Shown here piece by piece: positions 13,808 through 28,626 of a stretch of 64,000 nucleotides of DNA. Each line of letters starts with the position of its first letter. Position 1 is the stretch's first letter. The stretch comes from Eledone cirrhosa (Eukaryota). Below the pieces are notes generated by a model. It was not told where the DNA came from and did no database searches. It saw only the letters and a program-made list of their open reading frames with translations. The translations under genes and the position numbers were made by a program. The stretch is from positions 1,922,001 to 1,986,000 of the forward strand of contig OZ024741.1 in assembly GCA_964016885.1 (NCBI GenBank). The letters are read 5' to 3'.

Positions 13808-16800
13808 CTAGTATTAAAGCCCGGCGTTGCTCGGAGTCAGTAAGTTACCAAATTTAGGTTGCACCACCCATTTTATGACAGCACTTTTTTGTCTGCCAGG
13901 AACTGGTTGAATGAATTGCAAACCGGCACTGCCGAAGCAGGAGCTGCGCCAGCAGTGACAATTGTAGTTTCGCCTATTGATATTATCTCTGTGCAAAGAA
14001 GTGTTCAAATTTATTGTTTCACAGAACTTGCGCAACATGCGCGTAGACGATGCCAGCCGAACAACAGAACTGCGATGGAGTTGTTCTGCATGACATGTTT
14101 TAACGGGGGAGGGGGTGGATTGAGGGAACCGCAAACAGGGGCCTCAAAACATTCTCGAATTATGACAACCAAAAAAGAGGAAGAGGAGTCATTGTATGGT
14201 TGGTGCATCATCTACGTCGGACGTAGAAGATGAGCCTGCTGCAGTGCCGACGGAGGGAGGGAAATAGAGCTGAGCGGAGGCCAGGTGTTGGTGAAGTGTG
14301 AAGTAATTGCAGGGAACCGCCTAAAAATGTATAAGTAGGTTAACCTTCACTGCAGTGCACTGGACACTCCCCACCATCTGCCGTACAAAGGCTGATTCTC
14401 GCGGCGTTACAAAGCTTCATTGCAACTCCGACCCTACTCAAATATCAGCTGTTGCTCCTCACCAACCCCCGTTTGGTGGGCCTCGGAGGACCGTGGACAG
14501 GTTAGTATTTCACTTCCGTACGACTCTCAAGGGATGAACAATGCTTTAAATCATCACTCTTGCTGCCGTCACGCGAGCAGCCAACGTAAAGCTGACCATG
14601 AGAGAAACACGGCTGCCCCAAATGTATTCCCGCGACAGTCAGTGTTTGCCCCTGCGCTTTGTTAATTAACATTGCGAAGCATGGCCTGACCGGGAACTAG
14701 GACCTCCGAAATGTGAAAGGTAGGTCTGCTCCTGATGGGAAAAGATGCATCCTCGGTATGAGCACAACCTTGCCCCGACCACATCCTGTGATTATCGTGG
14801 CCTCAATCAGATTGGGAGCTAAGGACTTAACGAACAAACGTGTGCCATTGCATTGTTTCGGCGGAACCAAATTTCGAATGAGCATTATAGAGGCACCAAC
14901 TTTAAGTTTCAAAATGTGTGGGGGTAATCCGGGGGGCTCAAAGGAATTTAGTACCTCTATTGGATAGTTGATGACGTCCTCGGGGTCAGGTGTTCTATCG
15001 ATAGACTTATATATGTAGCCATCCCCAGGAATGAGTTTTAGCATTTGATCATTAATATGGTTAACAGTTTTATTCCTCGGGGCCAGAATAGCCCTTTGGG
15101 CAATTCAATCCATATTCTGATAATTTGCTTGGAGATCTGGGAACACTGAATCCCTGAGATCAGAAGGCGTACTAACAACGGTACAAAGTGAGTCGATGGC
15201 AATATTACCCTTTTCATCCCCGGGCATTTTTCCTTCGCCAAGTGCAAGGAGGGTGTGAGAAAATGTTGCTGATGCGATATCACCTCACATATGAGCACGC
15301 ATGTTAGTGTGAAGTTTCAGATCTTCACCAGGGGCCACAATGCGGATGACTTAAGACACGCACGTACTGCATCAGCTCTAGTCCCCTTGGGAATAACGGG
15401 AAGCGTTTGCCTGAAGTCTCCTGAAAGAAGAAGTGTTATGCCTCCCATTGGAGCCGTAACGTCTTTGATGTCTCTCAGAGTTCTATCTAGCGCCTCAATA
15501 GCACCTCTGTGGGCCATCGTGCATTCGTCCCAAACGATAAGCTTGTATCGTCTGAACACTTCTGCCTGATCGGAGCTCTTACTGATGTTGCAAGTGGGTG
15601 TCTCAGTCTTCGCCAAGTCAAGCGGGAGCTTGAAATAGGAGTGAGCTGTCCTGCCGCCCGGCAACAAAGTAGCCGCAATTCCAGATGATGCCACAGCTAA
15701 GGCAATACCTTCTGTTCGCCTAATCTCAGCTAATATTAATTTGGTGACAAAAGTTTTCCCAGTCCCTATAGGAGCGTCCAGGAAAAAAATCCCCCCAGCT
15801 TTGCCCCGGACAGAATTAACAACGGAGTTGTAAGCGAATTTCTGTTCTGGAGGGAGTTTTGGCTCATTCTCCGCTATGTACTGGGCAAGCTCTTCAACAT
15901 TATAAGATGTCTCACGCAGCAAATCCGAAGACAGAGTGTTTGCGCCTTCCCGGTTTGTTGAATACACCGCCATACACCGCCAACGCACTACCGCCCATAT
16001 CGAGAACAGTATCTTCCATTTCAAGCAGCGCCCTGTTGTAAATGAGGTCACTGTACCCGACCTCCATCGATGGGTTTAGCAACTGAGCGTGACGCAGGAA
16101 ATCTTCAGACATGTAATCTTTGTAGCTAAGCCATAAAGAGGCCGGATCCCCCAAGTCGCACCATAGGAGTAGAATAGCGAAAAGCGATCTTAGTCTTTTA
16201 GGAGATTTCAACAAAACGCCCTCTGCCATAGTGTTGCCCCATTGTGAATCATCCTCCAAAAGGCCACGCCTAAAGCAGGCTTCCCGGAAAGTATCACATA
16301 ATTCACCGTCAACAGTTCTTATGTCTCGAAAGCTTTGTGGGCCAAAAACCTCATGGAAGAGAAGGCGCAGGTGAAAACACTCATGCTGGCTGGGAGGTAC
16401 AGTGTACACTCTTCCTAGACAACTGTCAAACTTGACACCAGGATGTCCTTCAACATCCTGACCTGACTTCCTACGCACCCAAGTGTTGTTTGACCACACG
16501 TAGTAGGACGGGACCTGAGGATATGAAAGTGTTTTTGCAAATGTGTCAAGTTGGCAAAGCGTAAAAAAAACAGTCAAAGTTGTTTCTTTGGGATTGGCCG
16601 CCAAATGAGCAGCAGTCTGTTCAGTAAAGTAAGCCCGCTGGCCATTTTCCAAATGAACCGCTAGTTGTATGATGGCGGGGTGCCTTTGGTGAAGTGGAAA
16701 CCCGAATATCCGCCAAAAAGCTTCACCACTGCTGATATATCGACCTGCCAAGTACTCCGAGACCTCGTCCCGGCTATTGTCGTTTTGAAGGCCGAACATG

Positions 16801-19800
16801 GCAGCGTCGGAACCCTTGTTAACATATTTACATATGTACTTTATCGACTTCACTGAATGACAGAACTCCACATTTATATGAGCGTTGAAACTTTTCATCA
16901 GAAATGGACAGTACGGGACCACCCACCTATTATCAACTTGATGACCCCGTAACGTCATAGTGAATCCACCGTTCTCAGGCCGCCTTCGTCTGTACAGTGG
17001 GTATCCGTCGCCGCCGGTCTGGGTCTCCTCAACAAACCTCTTTGGGTATCGTTTAGTGCACTCATGGTCTTTGTGGCATGAAGAGAACTCTTGAAAACCG
17101 GGACCGCACGGACCGTGCACCATGTGTGCCTTCACAATGTCGTCAACAACGGGGTCCGGTATTTCCGCTGCGATGACGTCATCTAGAACTGTAGGATCTA
17201 AATGTGCGCGTGTGGCAACCCTCTCTTCTGCCACTCAACAGTATACATGTGGCACCTAACAGGCCCGAAAACCTTCCCTTTTTTATTAGATCAATTAGCT
17301 TAGCCAGCTTCTGCCTGAAACCCTGGCAATAATATCATGCCGATGGCAGTACCTCTGCCCTAGGATAAGTTCCCGCGTAACCTCAACCCACTTGGGGTTA
17401 CACCTAAACGTGATGAATAAATCGGGGCGCCCATAATGCCGAACGAACGTCATAGCGTCCTGTGTTCGCTCGTGTATGTACCGCCCCCCCCCCCCCCCGT
17501 ATAGGTTGAGGGGAGAATTCACATTTTGCCGATGTTCCGGGGGTCAGTGTCATTCCTGATGCCGTTACGCAAATGGATGTAGGAGTCTGAGCGCAGCTGC
17601 TTCTGATTCAATTTTATGAAGCACAGTCTCTCCGACTCCATCCTTGCAGCCATGTCAACTGCAAACTGGTGAAACAGTTCCCGTGACCTGTGTAGGGTGC
17701 TGAAATCGTTAGGCCTCGTCATGAAGCGGTATGAGTATAAAGCCATGCATGAAACAGCTTTAGATATCGCAGCAGTGGGCTTGTTTGGTTTGCGCTGAGG
17801 AATGGTGAAATGGTACCCGTCTTCTCCGTATGCAAAAAGAAGGGGATACTGCAGGGCGTCGTATGGACGATGCGTCTCATTAATACGTCGAAGACCACTG
17901 TCACGACTTTGAAGAACTATGTCTCGCTTATTGTGCTGTTCACCATGGATAACTACGGCCACTTCATTGCACGAAGGAGCGTTATAACGGCGTGCGTGCT
18001 CCCCAGAAGGTCTTTTGTCAGCATCGATGACAATGGTGAAGTTTGGTGAAGGATTTGTTTCCAATGCGTATTTGAAACTGAGAACATAACTGTTGTGCTC
18101 ATGAAGCATGTTTTGAGGACCGAACAGCACGTCCCTTTCAAAAGTGTCAGCGTCAGTGTTTGCAGGTGTTGGAATAACGCCGAACCGCGCATCAACTTGC
18201 CTACTGTAGTTAGAAATGAAGTAAATTTGAAGAAACGAAGGCTTGCAATTTTGTAGTGGCTGGAGCGACCCAATAAGATGGTACACCTGCCCCTGGAACT
18301 TGAAAGTAGGCATCCAACCATTTTCTCTGACAACGTTAGCCTCGAAAGGACTCATTTGAAACGCACAATTGTACTTCCTGATGAGTTGAAGGAATTTGAA
18401 TGACCTTGAGGTAGAACCAGTAAGTAGTTCCTTCAAAGGCTCTGGTGGTTCCCCAAGAGGGGGCAAGCTGACCTTACCGTTTAAGCAGCACATTGCAGGT
18501 GGCTCCCCAGCCCACTTTTTAGCATTGCAGAATTTGCAATTGAAGCGCATTTCCCCTATATTTATGTCGGCACGCATCAAGTAGTTAACGTTGGGCTCAT
18601 ACTTGAAAGCCCGTAGGTGCCAGTATGGGCTGTTGGGGCTCGTTACACCGCAGGCAGCTTCTTGTCGTCGACTGTTCCGCTCCAACGTAGAATGTTGCTC
18701 CTATGGGTCGTGAGAAGCTCTCGCAGCAGTAGCAGAAGCCACCCTTGCAATCATAATGGAGCGCCCGTCTGCATCTTCAGAAGCCATGGAAGTAGTCATA
18801 GCCGCAGCGTTCCTAGCAAGGCGATTCGTCCGCCGTTACAAACCTTCCAAAGCCCTGGAAGCAGCAGTAGCCGCAGCGTTTCTAGTCAGTCGAGCCACCC
18901 TTTGTTCGGGCCCTCTGAAGCCCTGGAAGCAGCAATAACAGCAGCGTTTCTATTCAGGCGAGTCGACCTTTGTTCCGGGCACTCTGAAGCCCTGGAAGTA
19001 GCAGTAGAAGTGTTTTTTTTGGGAATGACGTACCACCCGCTCTGAATCGCACATCGCAACACGTCTCGAGGCGTCGTGTGAAGCCATCTTGGCTAGGCGT
19101 GCGGTGCGTTGTTGAAAACTTTCAGCAGCTCTGCATTCCGCTGAACGTAAGGCGCTCTGTGAAAGTCTTAAAGCAGTTTCCTCGGGGGACTCGTTTGCTG
19201 TAATCGCCCTCTGCGCCGCCGCTGACGCGGTATGGCGACCGAGGCGACTTCTCTTTTTAGGTGGCATTTTATGTGAAAAAGAAAGGGTGAAAGTTACTTC
19301 TACAGCAAAATTGCCTTTGAAAGTATAAGGCTGAAAACTGTCTGCGTTCCGCAGGGGAAAAAATGGGAGAACGAACGGCAAATAAATAACTCACAGTTTG
19401 TTGAAAGCAATTTGAAATTGTTTGGCCAAAAATCCCTATGTGGTTTATTTTTTTCACTCAACAAACGTGTAAATATGTTATACACAAAATGTAATTGTGT
19501 GTGAGTTGGATGATAGATGTTTTAAAAAAAGATTTCAAGCGTATATAAGAGAAGGTTGCAGCATGTATTTTTTTTTTCGATTTTTAAGTGGAGTAGAGAG
19601 AGGAAATCACATTGTATTAGGGGATAAAGCGTCATGTATTTAGTTTTATCGATTATTTCCGTAATTGTGGGTGATTTTGAAATAAATAAATAGTCGTTGA
19701 CCTAAGTTAGACCATTTACAACATTCTTACAGAGGCAAATAAATAACTGACAGTTTGTCGAAAGTGCGCTTCTGTCAGCAATTTGAAGTTGCTTGGCCAA

Positions 19801-20344
19801 AACTCCCTATGTGTTTTTTTTCCACTCAATAAACGTGTAAATATGTTATACACAAAATGTAATTGTGTGTGAGTTAGATTATAGATGTTTTAAAAACAGA
19901 TTTGTCGCTATTTTTCTAGTTGTTGTATAAATTTATCTGTTGCTTTTCAATAATTGTAGTTTGGTATAAAATGTAAGCGTCATGTATTTAACGTTTGTCT
20001 ATGTCTCTCACTCTCTAGCTCACTCCTTTATTTTTTTCTCTCTCTCTAAAGGAAATTATTAAGGAGTGGGTTTATAAGCGTATATAAGAGAAGGTTGCAG
20101 CATGTATGGGAGTTAGGGAGAGGATATCAGATTGTATTAGAGGGTTAAAGCGTCATGTATTTAGTTTTATCGATTATTTACGTAATTGTGGGTGAGTTGG
20201 AAATAAATAAATAGTCGTTCACCTAACTTAGAGCATTTAAACATTCTTACAGACTTTGAGTCGAATCGGTTTGAAATTGTGCAAATGTATAAACATGGAA
20301 CATGCACACACACACAACAACAACAACAATCTGCCTTTTATAGA
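13808..20344 (-). mobile_element. Full-length Helitron (decayed)
   Basis: Minus strand starts A|TC at 20344 and ends with GC hairpin CCGAGCAACGCCGGG (~13820-13834) then CTAG|T at 13808; carries Rep/Hel coding remnants. Confidence 0.93.
14520..19267 (-). pseudogene. Helitron RepHel (HUH endonuclease + PIF1-family helicase), frameshifted
   Basis: MPPKKRSR start; YDALQYPLLF; GRPDLFITF; EWQKRGLPHAH (HUH, ~17200-17245); VHGPCG; KYICKYVNK; helicase GTGKT, WDECTM, SGDFRQTLPV, CNGTRL, FSHGQLYV; multiple stops and frameshifts. Confidence 0.92.
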
Positions 20345-20348
20345 TAAT

Positions 20349-20534
20349 TGTTTCTAATTTTGGCACCAGGCCAGCAATTATCCCAGTGCATTACTGGTAC
20401 TTTATTTTATCGACCCCGTAAGGATGAAAGGCAAAGTTAACTTCGGCGGGATTTGAACTCAGATCATAAAGGGAGGTAACTCTATGCTTCAAAGCATGGC
20501 GCCGACCCTCTACCAATACTGCCAATCCACTGCC
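20349..20534 (-). mobile_element. SINE inserted at the Helitron 5' terminus, with ~18-bp TSD
   Basis: CTGCCTTTTATAGATAAT at 20331-20348 and 20530-20547 flanks a SINE. Confidence 0.85.
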
Positions 20535-20745
20535 TTTTATAGATAATGATATATATATATATATCATTATCTATAAAAGGTATATATATATATATAGATT
20601 TTGAGTATCTGTTGGTTGTATACCAACACCTCAGTATGCAGGCTGGAGCACTCGACGAAGTGCGCAGGTTGGTTTGGTTACACTGGAGTAATGTAAAATA
20701 AAGTAAAATAAAAAGTCAAATGTTTAAAATTTAGCTTCGTTTACT

Positions 20746-20800
20746 ACTGCTATATATATTTCGGTGACAGCCATCTTTGGCTGTGACCTCTTCAGGCAGT
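20746..20800 (-). ncRNA. Type-I hammerhead ribozyme
   Basis: actgc CTGAAGA ggtcacagcca-aaga-tggctgtcacc GAAA tatata TA gcagt. Confidence 0.88.
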
Positions 20801-20955
20801 CCGAAATAGTGTGGTATAGACAAGTACATATGTTGTTGAGGTGTATAATTTTGTCAATACTCTGATATGCCCAGTTCCTGGTTGTGTTGTTATTACACTG
20901 AGGAACTGGAATCACCTCAACAACATATGTACTTGTCTATACCACACTAATTCGG

Positions 20956-21010
20956 ACTGCCTGAAGAGGTCACAGCCAAAGATGGCTGTCACCGAAATAT
21001 ATATAGCAGT
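20956..21010 (+). ncRNA. Type-I hammerhead ribozyme (inverted copy)
   Basis: Same motif on the plus strand: stem I actgc/gcagt, intact core, palindromic minimal stem III. Confidence 0.88.
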
Positions 21011-21055
21011 AATAAACGAAGGTAAATTTTAAATATTTGACTTTTTATTTTACTT

Positions 21056-21094
<39 letters not shown>

Positions 21095-21168
21095 ATTAAA
21101 AAACTAAAAAAAAAAATATATATATATATATAATTTTTATGTATATATATACATATATATATGTATAA

Positions 21169-21272
<104 letters not shown>

Positions 21273-21277
21273 GTATA

Positions 21278-21380
<103 letters not shown>

Positions 21381-21401
21381 ACATATATATTTATATATAT
21401 A

Positions 21402-21980
21402 TACTAAGAATAATGAGTTCTAAACTCAAGCAGTCCTTTACAATGAAATAGCTCAAAGAAAGAAGTATTTCTGAGCCGTGTAATACAAGTTAATATAAAT
21501 TAATATATATGATAAAACACAAATACCAACATATAAGTGTTTGTATTGTAAATGACTAAGTTAGATAGATTGAAAAATACTAATTATAATAATACAGTTT
21601 GCCTGTCTCGATTTAAAATAATCAATAAAATCAAACGATATTGGCAAATGGCCGTGGTACTTGGACAAATTTAAATTTCAAAATCAAACCTGTTCCGTAG
21701 ATAAGTTTAAACTTCAAAATCCAAATAAGTTTCGAAATGAAAAAGTGAAAAAATACCCCGTTCAGCTCTCCTCAGCAAGTACCCTGAACAATTGGTATGT
21801 TTCACTTCAAAATATTTAAAAAGACTGTTTAACGCACATGGTTTTCCAGTTTCTAGCTGCCGCATACTCGTTCTGCTAGAAATAACAGCCGTGTATATGG
21901 GGCTAAAGTTAGCTCTACATAAGGAGCAGTGATACTAAGAATAATGAGTTCTAAACTCAAGCAGTCCTTTACAATGAAAT
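21402..21980. mobile_element. Unclassified ~580-bp insertion in (TA)n bounded by ~48-bp direct repeats
   Basis: ATACTAAGAATAATGAGTTCTAAACTCAAGCAGTCCTTTACAATGAAATA at ~21401 and ~21932. Confidence 0.55.
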
Positions 21981-21983
21981 ATA

Positions 21984-22856
<873 letters not shown>

Positions 22857-22875
22857 TATGTATATATATATATGC

Positions 22876-24546
22876 TAAATTTCTTTAAGTCCTTTGGAAC
22901 CCTCGACAATGCAACTGGGTAAATCTACGGGTAACAAGATCCGGTGCTGGAGAGAGAGATGTAAGTGGGTGTACGTTGAGATGCGTGGCGTGTATAAGAC
23001 GTGTAGAGGAATGAAGGAAAGAGCATAAAGGATAAAATTAAAATAACAACACGGGAGAGAGTTACCTTGGGAGAGATTTAATTGTCCCTATATATTTCGG
23101 ATTCACATCCATCAACTGGAGGTTTTTCCGGGGTGGGGGAAAGGTTGTCTGTCGGAAAGGTGCGAAACGCGTCCTCCGCTGTTCGTTGTTTTGAATATCT
23201 GAGGTATTCAGCAGAGCGCGCGTGCGCGTGAAATGTGGTCGGTCGGGCAGAGGTCAGCGGCCGAAGTAGTTCTTTCAATTGTGGGAGTGGGGTGGTGCTA
23301 GCTGTCAGTCCATTCTCTGCCTGTTTGTTGAATGTTACTGTATGTGTGTGTGTGCGTGTGTTGCTGTCTCGCTTGTGTGTGTGTGTGTGTGCGTGTGTTG
23401 CTGCATTGTTTGTTAACTTAAACCAACCACCTCATTTCGCTTCTCTCGGATCGATTGTTTATTTGTGGCTCTAGGCGTTTGATCCAAAGTGCTTCCTGGA
23501 TACGTAACGTGCCGACGTTTCTTTCAGTCGCTAGAATTGTGACAATGGGCCTTCCGTCTTTGTTTCCGCATTTGTATATGTGTTTCCGGAAAGACGAGGC
23601 CCTGGTTTTAGTGTGTTCCTTGATCCGGATGTGCAAAGGGCGGATTGTGCTACCTATATAGTATTAGTTGCACTTGTTACATTCTATCTTATACACGACG
23701 TATGTGCGTAGGCAACAGTTTGCTGGCGCATCGGGCAGTCTCTGAGAGAGCACGCGTCAGTTGACTTCCCGGGTTTCCTGGAGAGGCATCTTCGCAGATA
23801 CGTCGTGTATAAGATAGAATGTAACAAGTGCAACCAATACTATATAGGTAGCACAATCCGACCTTTGCACATCCGGATCAAGGAACACACTAAACCAGGG
23901 CCTCGTCTTTCCGGAAACACAGCAACACACGCACACACACACACAAGCGAGACAGCAACACACACACACACAGTAGCATTCCACCATACGAACATACTAC
24001 ACTGCCAATACAGAGGAACAAGGCAACAACACACGCACACACACACAAGCGAGACAACAACACACGCACACACACACATACAGTAACATTCAACAAACAG
24101 GCAGAGAATGGACTGACAGCTAGCGCCACCCCACTCACACAATTGAAAGAACTACTTCGGCCGCTGACCTCTGCCCGACCGACCCCATTTCACGCGCACG
24201 CGCGCTCTGCTGAATACCTCAGATATTCAAAACAATGAACAGCGGAGAACGCGTTTCGCACCTTTCCAACAGACAACATTTCCCCCACCCTTGAAAAAAA
24301 ACCCGGTTGATGGATGTGAATCCGAAATATATAGGGACAATTAAATCTCTCCCAAGGTAACTCTCTCTCGTGTTGTTATTTTAATTTTATCCTTTATGCT
24401 CTTTCCTTCATTCCTCTACACGTCTTATACACGCCACGCATCTCAACGTACACCCACTTACATCTCTCTCTCCAGCACCGGATCTTGTTACCCGGAGATT
24501 TACCCATTTGCATTGTCGAGGGTTCCAAACGACTTAAAGAAATTTA
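22876..24546. mobile_element. Palindromic PLE 3' fragment (GIY-YIG endonuclease + pLTR, inverted duplicate)
   Basis: Arms ~22876-23700 and ~23800-24546 are reverse complements; encodes VYKIECNKCNQYYIGSTIRPLHIRIKEH and IQEALWIKRLEPQINNR. Confidence 0.88.
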
Positions 24547-24583
24547 CCTTATTATTCCACAATGCTTCAAGCAAACTTCAATA

Positions 24584-24684
<101 letters not shown>

Positions 24685-24778
24685 TATGTATATATATATA
24701 TATTATAAATTAAAAAAAAAAACATATATATATATATACGATATTAACAAATGGAAACTATATTTATAAAACCATATT

Positions 24779-24843
24779 TATTTTATTATACCTATTTCAA
24801 GGACACCACGATAAATTATGGTGTGCTTTCATCAGACAAAATA
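24779..24843 (-). ncRNA. Type-I hammerhead ribozyme in PLE 1 3' pLTR
   Basis: tattttgt CTGATGA aagcacacca..tggtgtcctt GAAA taggta TA ataaaata. Confidence 0.8.
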
Positions 24844-25640
24844 CAATATAGATCAGTTTTATAAATAAATATTGACATACCCTTAAAAAATGCAACCATT
24901 ACTGTTGGAAGCTCCCGGATAGTGGAGTTGTTTACTTATATTATTATTAGTATTGGATATTTTTAAATAAGTCGTTGGGTTAGAGAGAAAGAAAGAGAGA
25001 GAGAAAAAGAAAGAGAAAAGAAAGAAAAAAAGAAAAAAGAGAGAAAAGAGAGAGAGATACCAAAACAACAGAAAGAGAGAAATATAGAGGTAGAGAGGGG
25101 ACAAAGAGAAGGGGAGAGAACGAAAACATTACGTCATATCTTGTTGAGTTAGCTTAACAATTGAGATGAAATGAATAAATAAAATTAGAAATGTTAATAA
25201 TCATGAATGGAATATATATATAATATGAGAAATTAATCCTTGTTTAAATATGATTAGATGTTTAGTTAAAAATTGAGATCAATATATTAAAAATTGGGAT
25301 CTATACATTAAGAAATCCATATATTACTAAAGAACTACACATCCTATAACACGCATACACACGCAAAAATACATATAAACATATATACGCACTTATAAAA
25401 TACATACCATATCTAACTACGTATATAATATACACACACAAGGCATAAAGGATTCTTTAATTTAATGTTATACACACTTTATGTTATTAAATAAAAAATT
25501 TTTAATATATATATATATAAGATTACCTGTTATGTATTTATGGCTGTTAATTATATGTCTATCTGTCAGGAACCAATTGGGATAAACATAAGTGCAATCA
25601 AATTGTATGGCTATACACGCACATGCACACACTTAATTCT

Positions 25641-25708
<68 letters not shown>

Positions 25709-26517
25709 TGTGTGTGTGTACCCTCAGCCAATAGGTAGATACGCAACACGCATACACATACATACAGACAGGCATATATTCATAAAACCGCATAGGACAT
25801 ATGTACATGTATGTCAATATACACATATACATATATACTCACATATAGAAAGAAGTATACATCAATACAGTACATAGTATAATTGAGTACATAAAATACA
25901 AAAGGATTATATTACAATTTGGAAATATAATTATAGCAATATAACTTTAAAAGCAATACCATTTAAAAATATTAGAGTATTTTAAGTTAAAATAATAGTA
26001 TGTTTAATAGATTTAGTATAGAAATTTATCTCACGTATATTTAACTCAAAATATTGAAAGGATAAACTTTCGAAAATATGAGAAGCTATCAGAACAATAA
26101 TAATAAGAAAACAATAAAAAAAAAAAAATTTAAAAAAAAAAATTAAAAAAAAAAAAATAAATAAATAAAATAAATAAAAAATAATTAAAAAAATAATTAA
26201 AAAATAATTAAAAGATAATTAAAAAATAATTAAAAAATAAAAAAAAAATAATAATAATAAAAAAAAAAAATAATAATAATAATAAAAAAAAAAAATAAAA
26301 TAAAAAATAATAATAATAAAAAAAAAAAAAGAAGAAATAGGAAATATATTCTCCTTTCAAGAGCTCTCAATATATTTCTCTAGAATAGTTTTTTATATTT
26401 ATATTTATATTTAGGAAGAAAAGTTATTTATACTTGAGTGTTTAATCAAAAAAAGATGAAGGAATCTAATGATTTATCGATAGGTTCCATAATTTAATAA
26501 AATTAATTAATTATATA

Positions 26518-28626
26518 CTACATTTTAAATTTATATTTATATTTAAACGTTGAGTTTAATCTATGTCTGCAGCAACTGAATAAATTATTTCTTAAGTTCA
26601 GGGAATTGTTGGTCTTCAATATAAAGAATATTTCCTCTATACAAAGATCGCAATTTTCTGAAGAGGGGTGAAAAGGAGTAGATTTTGAAATAATATTCCA
26701 AATCAGCGAATATTCAACGTTCTCTAGTTTCAGGTCCCATAATAGACTAGATAGAGAAGTTGAAGATTTTTTGTTTGGATCTGTAAAAGAATGTTTATGA
26801 TTATTGAAGCCGGATTTAAACTCTGTGGAGGTAGATCCCACATAATTAAATGAATTTAAATTAGTTTTTACATTACAATTGTATACTACATTTTTAGCTA
26901 AGCAATTGTTATTTAACGGACAGTTAGATTTATTTCTACAGTTACATTTATCAGATTGAATATTGCTTGGGTTATTAGTGGTATTTTGGTTAGGTTTTAA
27001 ATTTCTATTATTAATTCTATTAATATTTTGCGCTAAATTTTTGGTGGAAGAATAAGTTAATTTTATAGTATGTCTATTAAAAATTGAGTAATATCTATGT
27101 GTTCTAGGGAAGCATTTGTCAAGAGCTTTAAAGAATAGTTTAGCAATAGGGGTTTTAATATTTAATGAGAAAGGAGGAGCGAACCATAATATGTTCCTAG
27201 TTCTATTTCGTTTTCGGCTTTCGGAATTATTGTAAGGTTTTCTATTATAGTTGTTAAAATTGTTACCATAGTTAAAATTGTTACGATTATGGTTGGTTGT
27301 TATAATATTATTATTATCGATGTATTTAATTTTATTTCTATACCCAGCTCTATCCAAGGCTTCGTTGTAATAATGTGCTTTTTCATCAAATATATTCTTA
27401 TTAGAAGAAATTCTCGAAATCGTTCTTGTACAGAGTTCACTATAGTATTTTTAACGGATCTGGGTTGATTAGAGTAAAAATTAACATAATTTAAGTTCTC
27501 ATTTAGTTTGTGAAATGGATAATGAAGACATGTGTTAAGATTTAGTGTTACATCTAAAAAATTGACTATTTTATGGTTATTCTCAATTTCTACTTTTAGA
27601 TTATGGTAATTAAAAAATTGTATAATTTGTTTTATTTTTCTATTTAGTTCACAGTTATTATTTTCTATAAGTAAAAGCATGTCGTCACGATATAAACCTC
27701 CGGTTACCGCAAGTATTTTCCTATGTAGAGAATTAATTATAAATAGGCCCACAAGATCCGTTACCTGAGCTGAGTCGGAGGATCCCATAGTTATGTCTAA
27801 ATTATTATTTGTATCTGCCCTAGTCCAGAGTTGGTTATTAAATTCTATTAATGTTTTCCGTGCCGATAATATAATGTGCATTTCATTGCTAGTTATGTCT
27901 GTATGTTTAAATGCGTAAGTTAGTGCCTTATTCAGTAGATTAGGAGTGATAGATGAGTAGTAGTTAGCAATATCCAACTGAATAAACTTATTATTATCGT
28001 TATATTTAATTTCTTTAAACCAATCGATAACTTCACTAGTTCCTTTCGATAATTTTAAATAAGATAAATTAGATAAATTCTTAATTTGTGGTATTATTCT
28101 GTCCAGAATATTTTTGCTAAGTCTACCAAGGTCAGATTTAGATGGTGCCATTAATCTGACTGGTAAATCCGTTTCGAAGTTCCTTTTATGATCCTTCATA
28201 TTAATCTTAGGTTTCCTTGGCATGAAGGGTTGTGTCCTATTTTCAATGCCTAGTTCATGCATTATATAAGAGGCATCTGTATTCAATTTTTCAAGGTCGT
28301 ATTTATTTGCTACTTTGTATTTCTTCCTTAATTCCTTTAATATAAGATCGTTATAAATGTCCTTTTGTATTCCGTAAATATTATTGGTTTTGTCAGACTT
28401 GACAAGAATTTTCTCCGTTTTCTCCAAGTTTTCAATATTATTTTTAATATTTCTTAAGTAATCCGGGCCTTTGAAGTTGTTTTTGAATTTGATGCTTTGG
28501 ATGATAGATATGATATCATTTTCAAAATCCATTAGTAGTTTGTTGGGGGGGGGGGTTAGATTTGAAGATTTTATTCCTAGGTAGAGGTATGTCTTTTAGA
28601 GAAGAAGAGATATTAAAGAATTCCAT
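26518..28626 (-). pseudogene. PLE RT + GIY-YIG endonuclease (one frameshift near 27400, N-terminal deletion)
   Basis: KSDKT, KDHK, FIQLDIANYYSSI, ITMGSSDSA, GGLYRDD, FLDVTLNL, CNCRNKSNCPL, VVYNC..YVGST..FNNHKHSF. Confidence 0.9.

Larger units (their letters stand above)
20697..21060. mobile_element. Palindromic PLE pLTR remnant (two inverted ~145-bp arms)
   Basis: 20697-20842 is the reverse complement of 20913-21060; each arm carries an HHR; flanked by (TA)n. Confidence 0.85.

Noticed and set aside
21700-21790. Minus-strand CTGAGGA..GAAA as a hammerhead
   Set aside because: Stems I-III could not be paired
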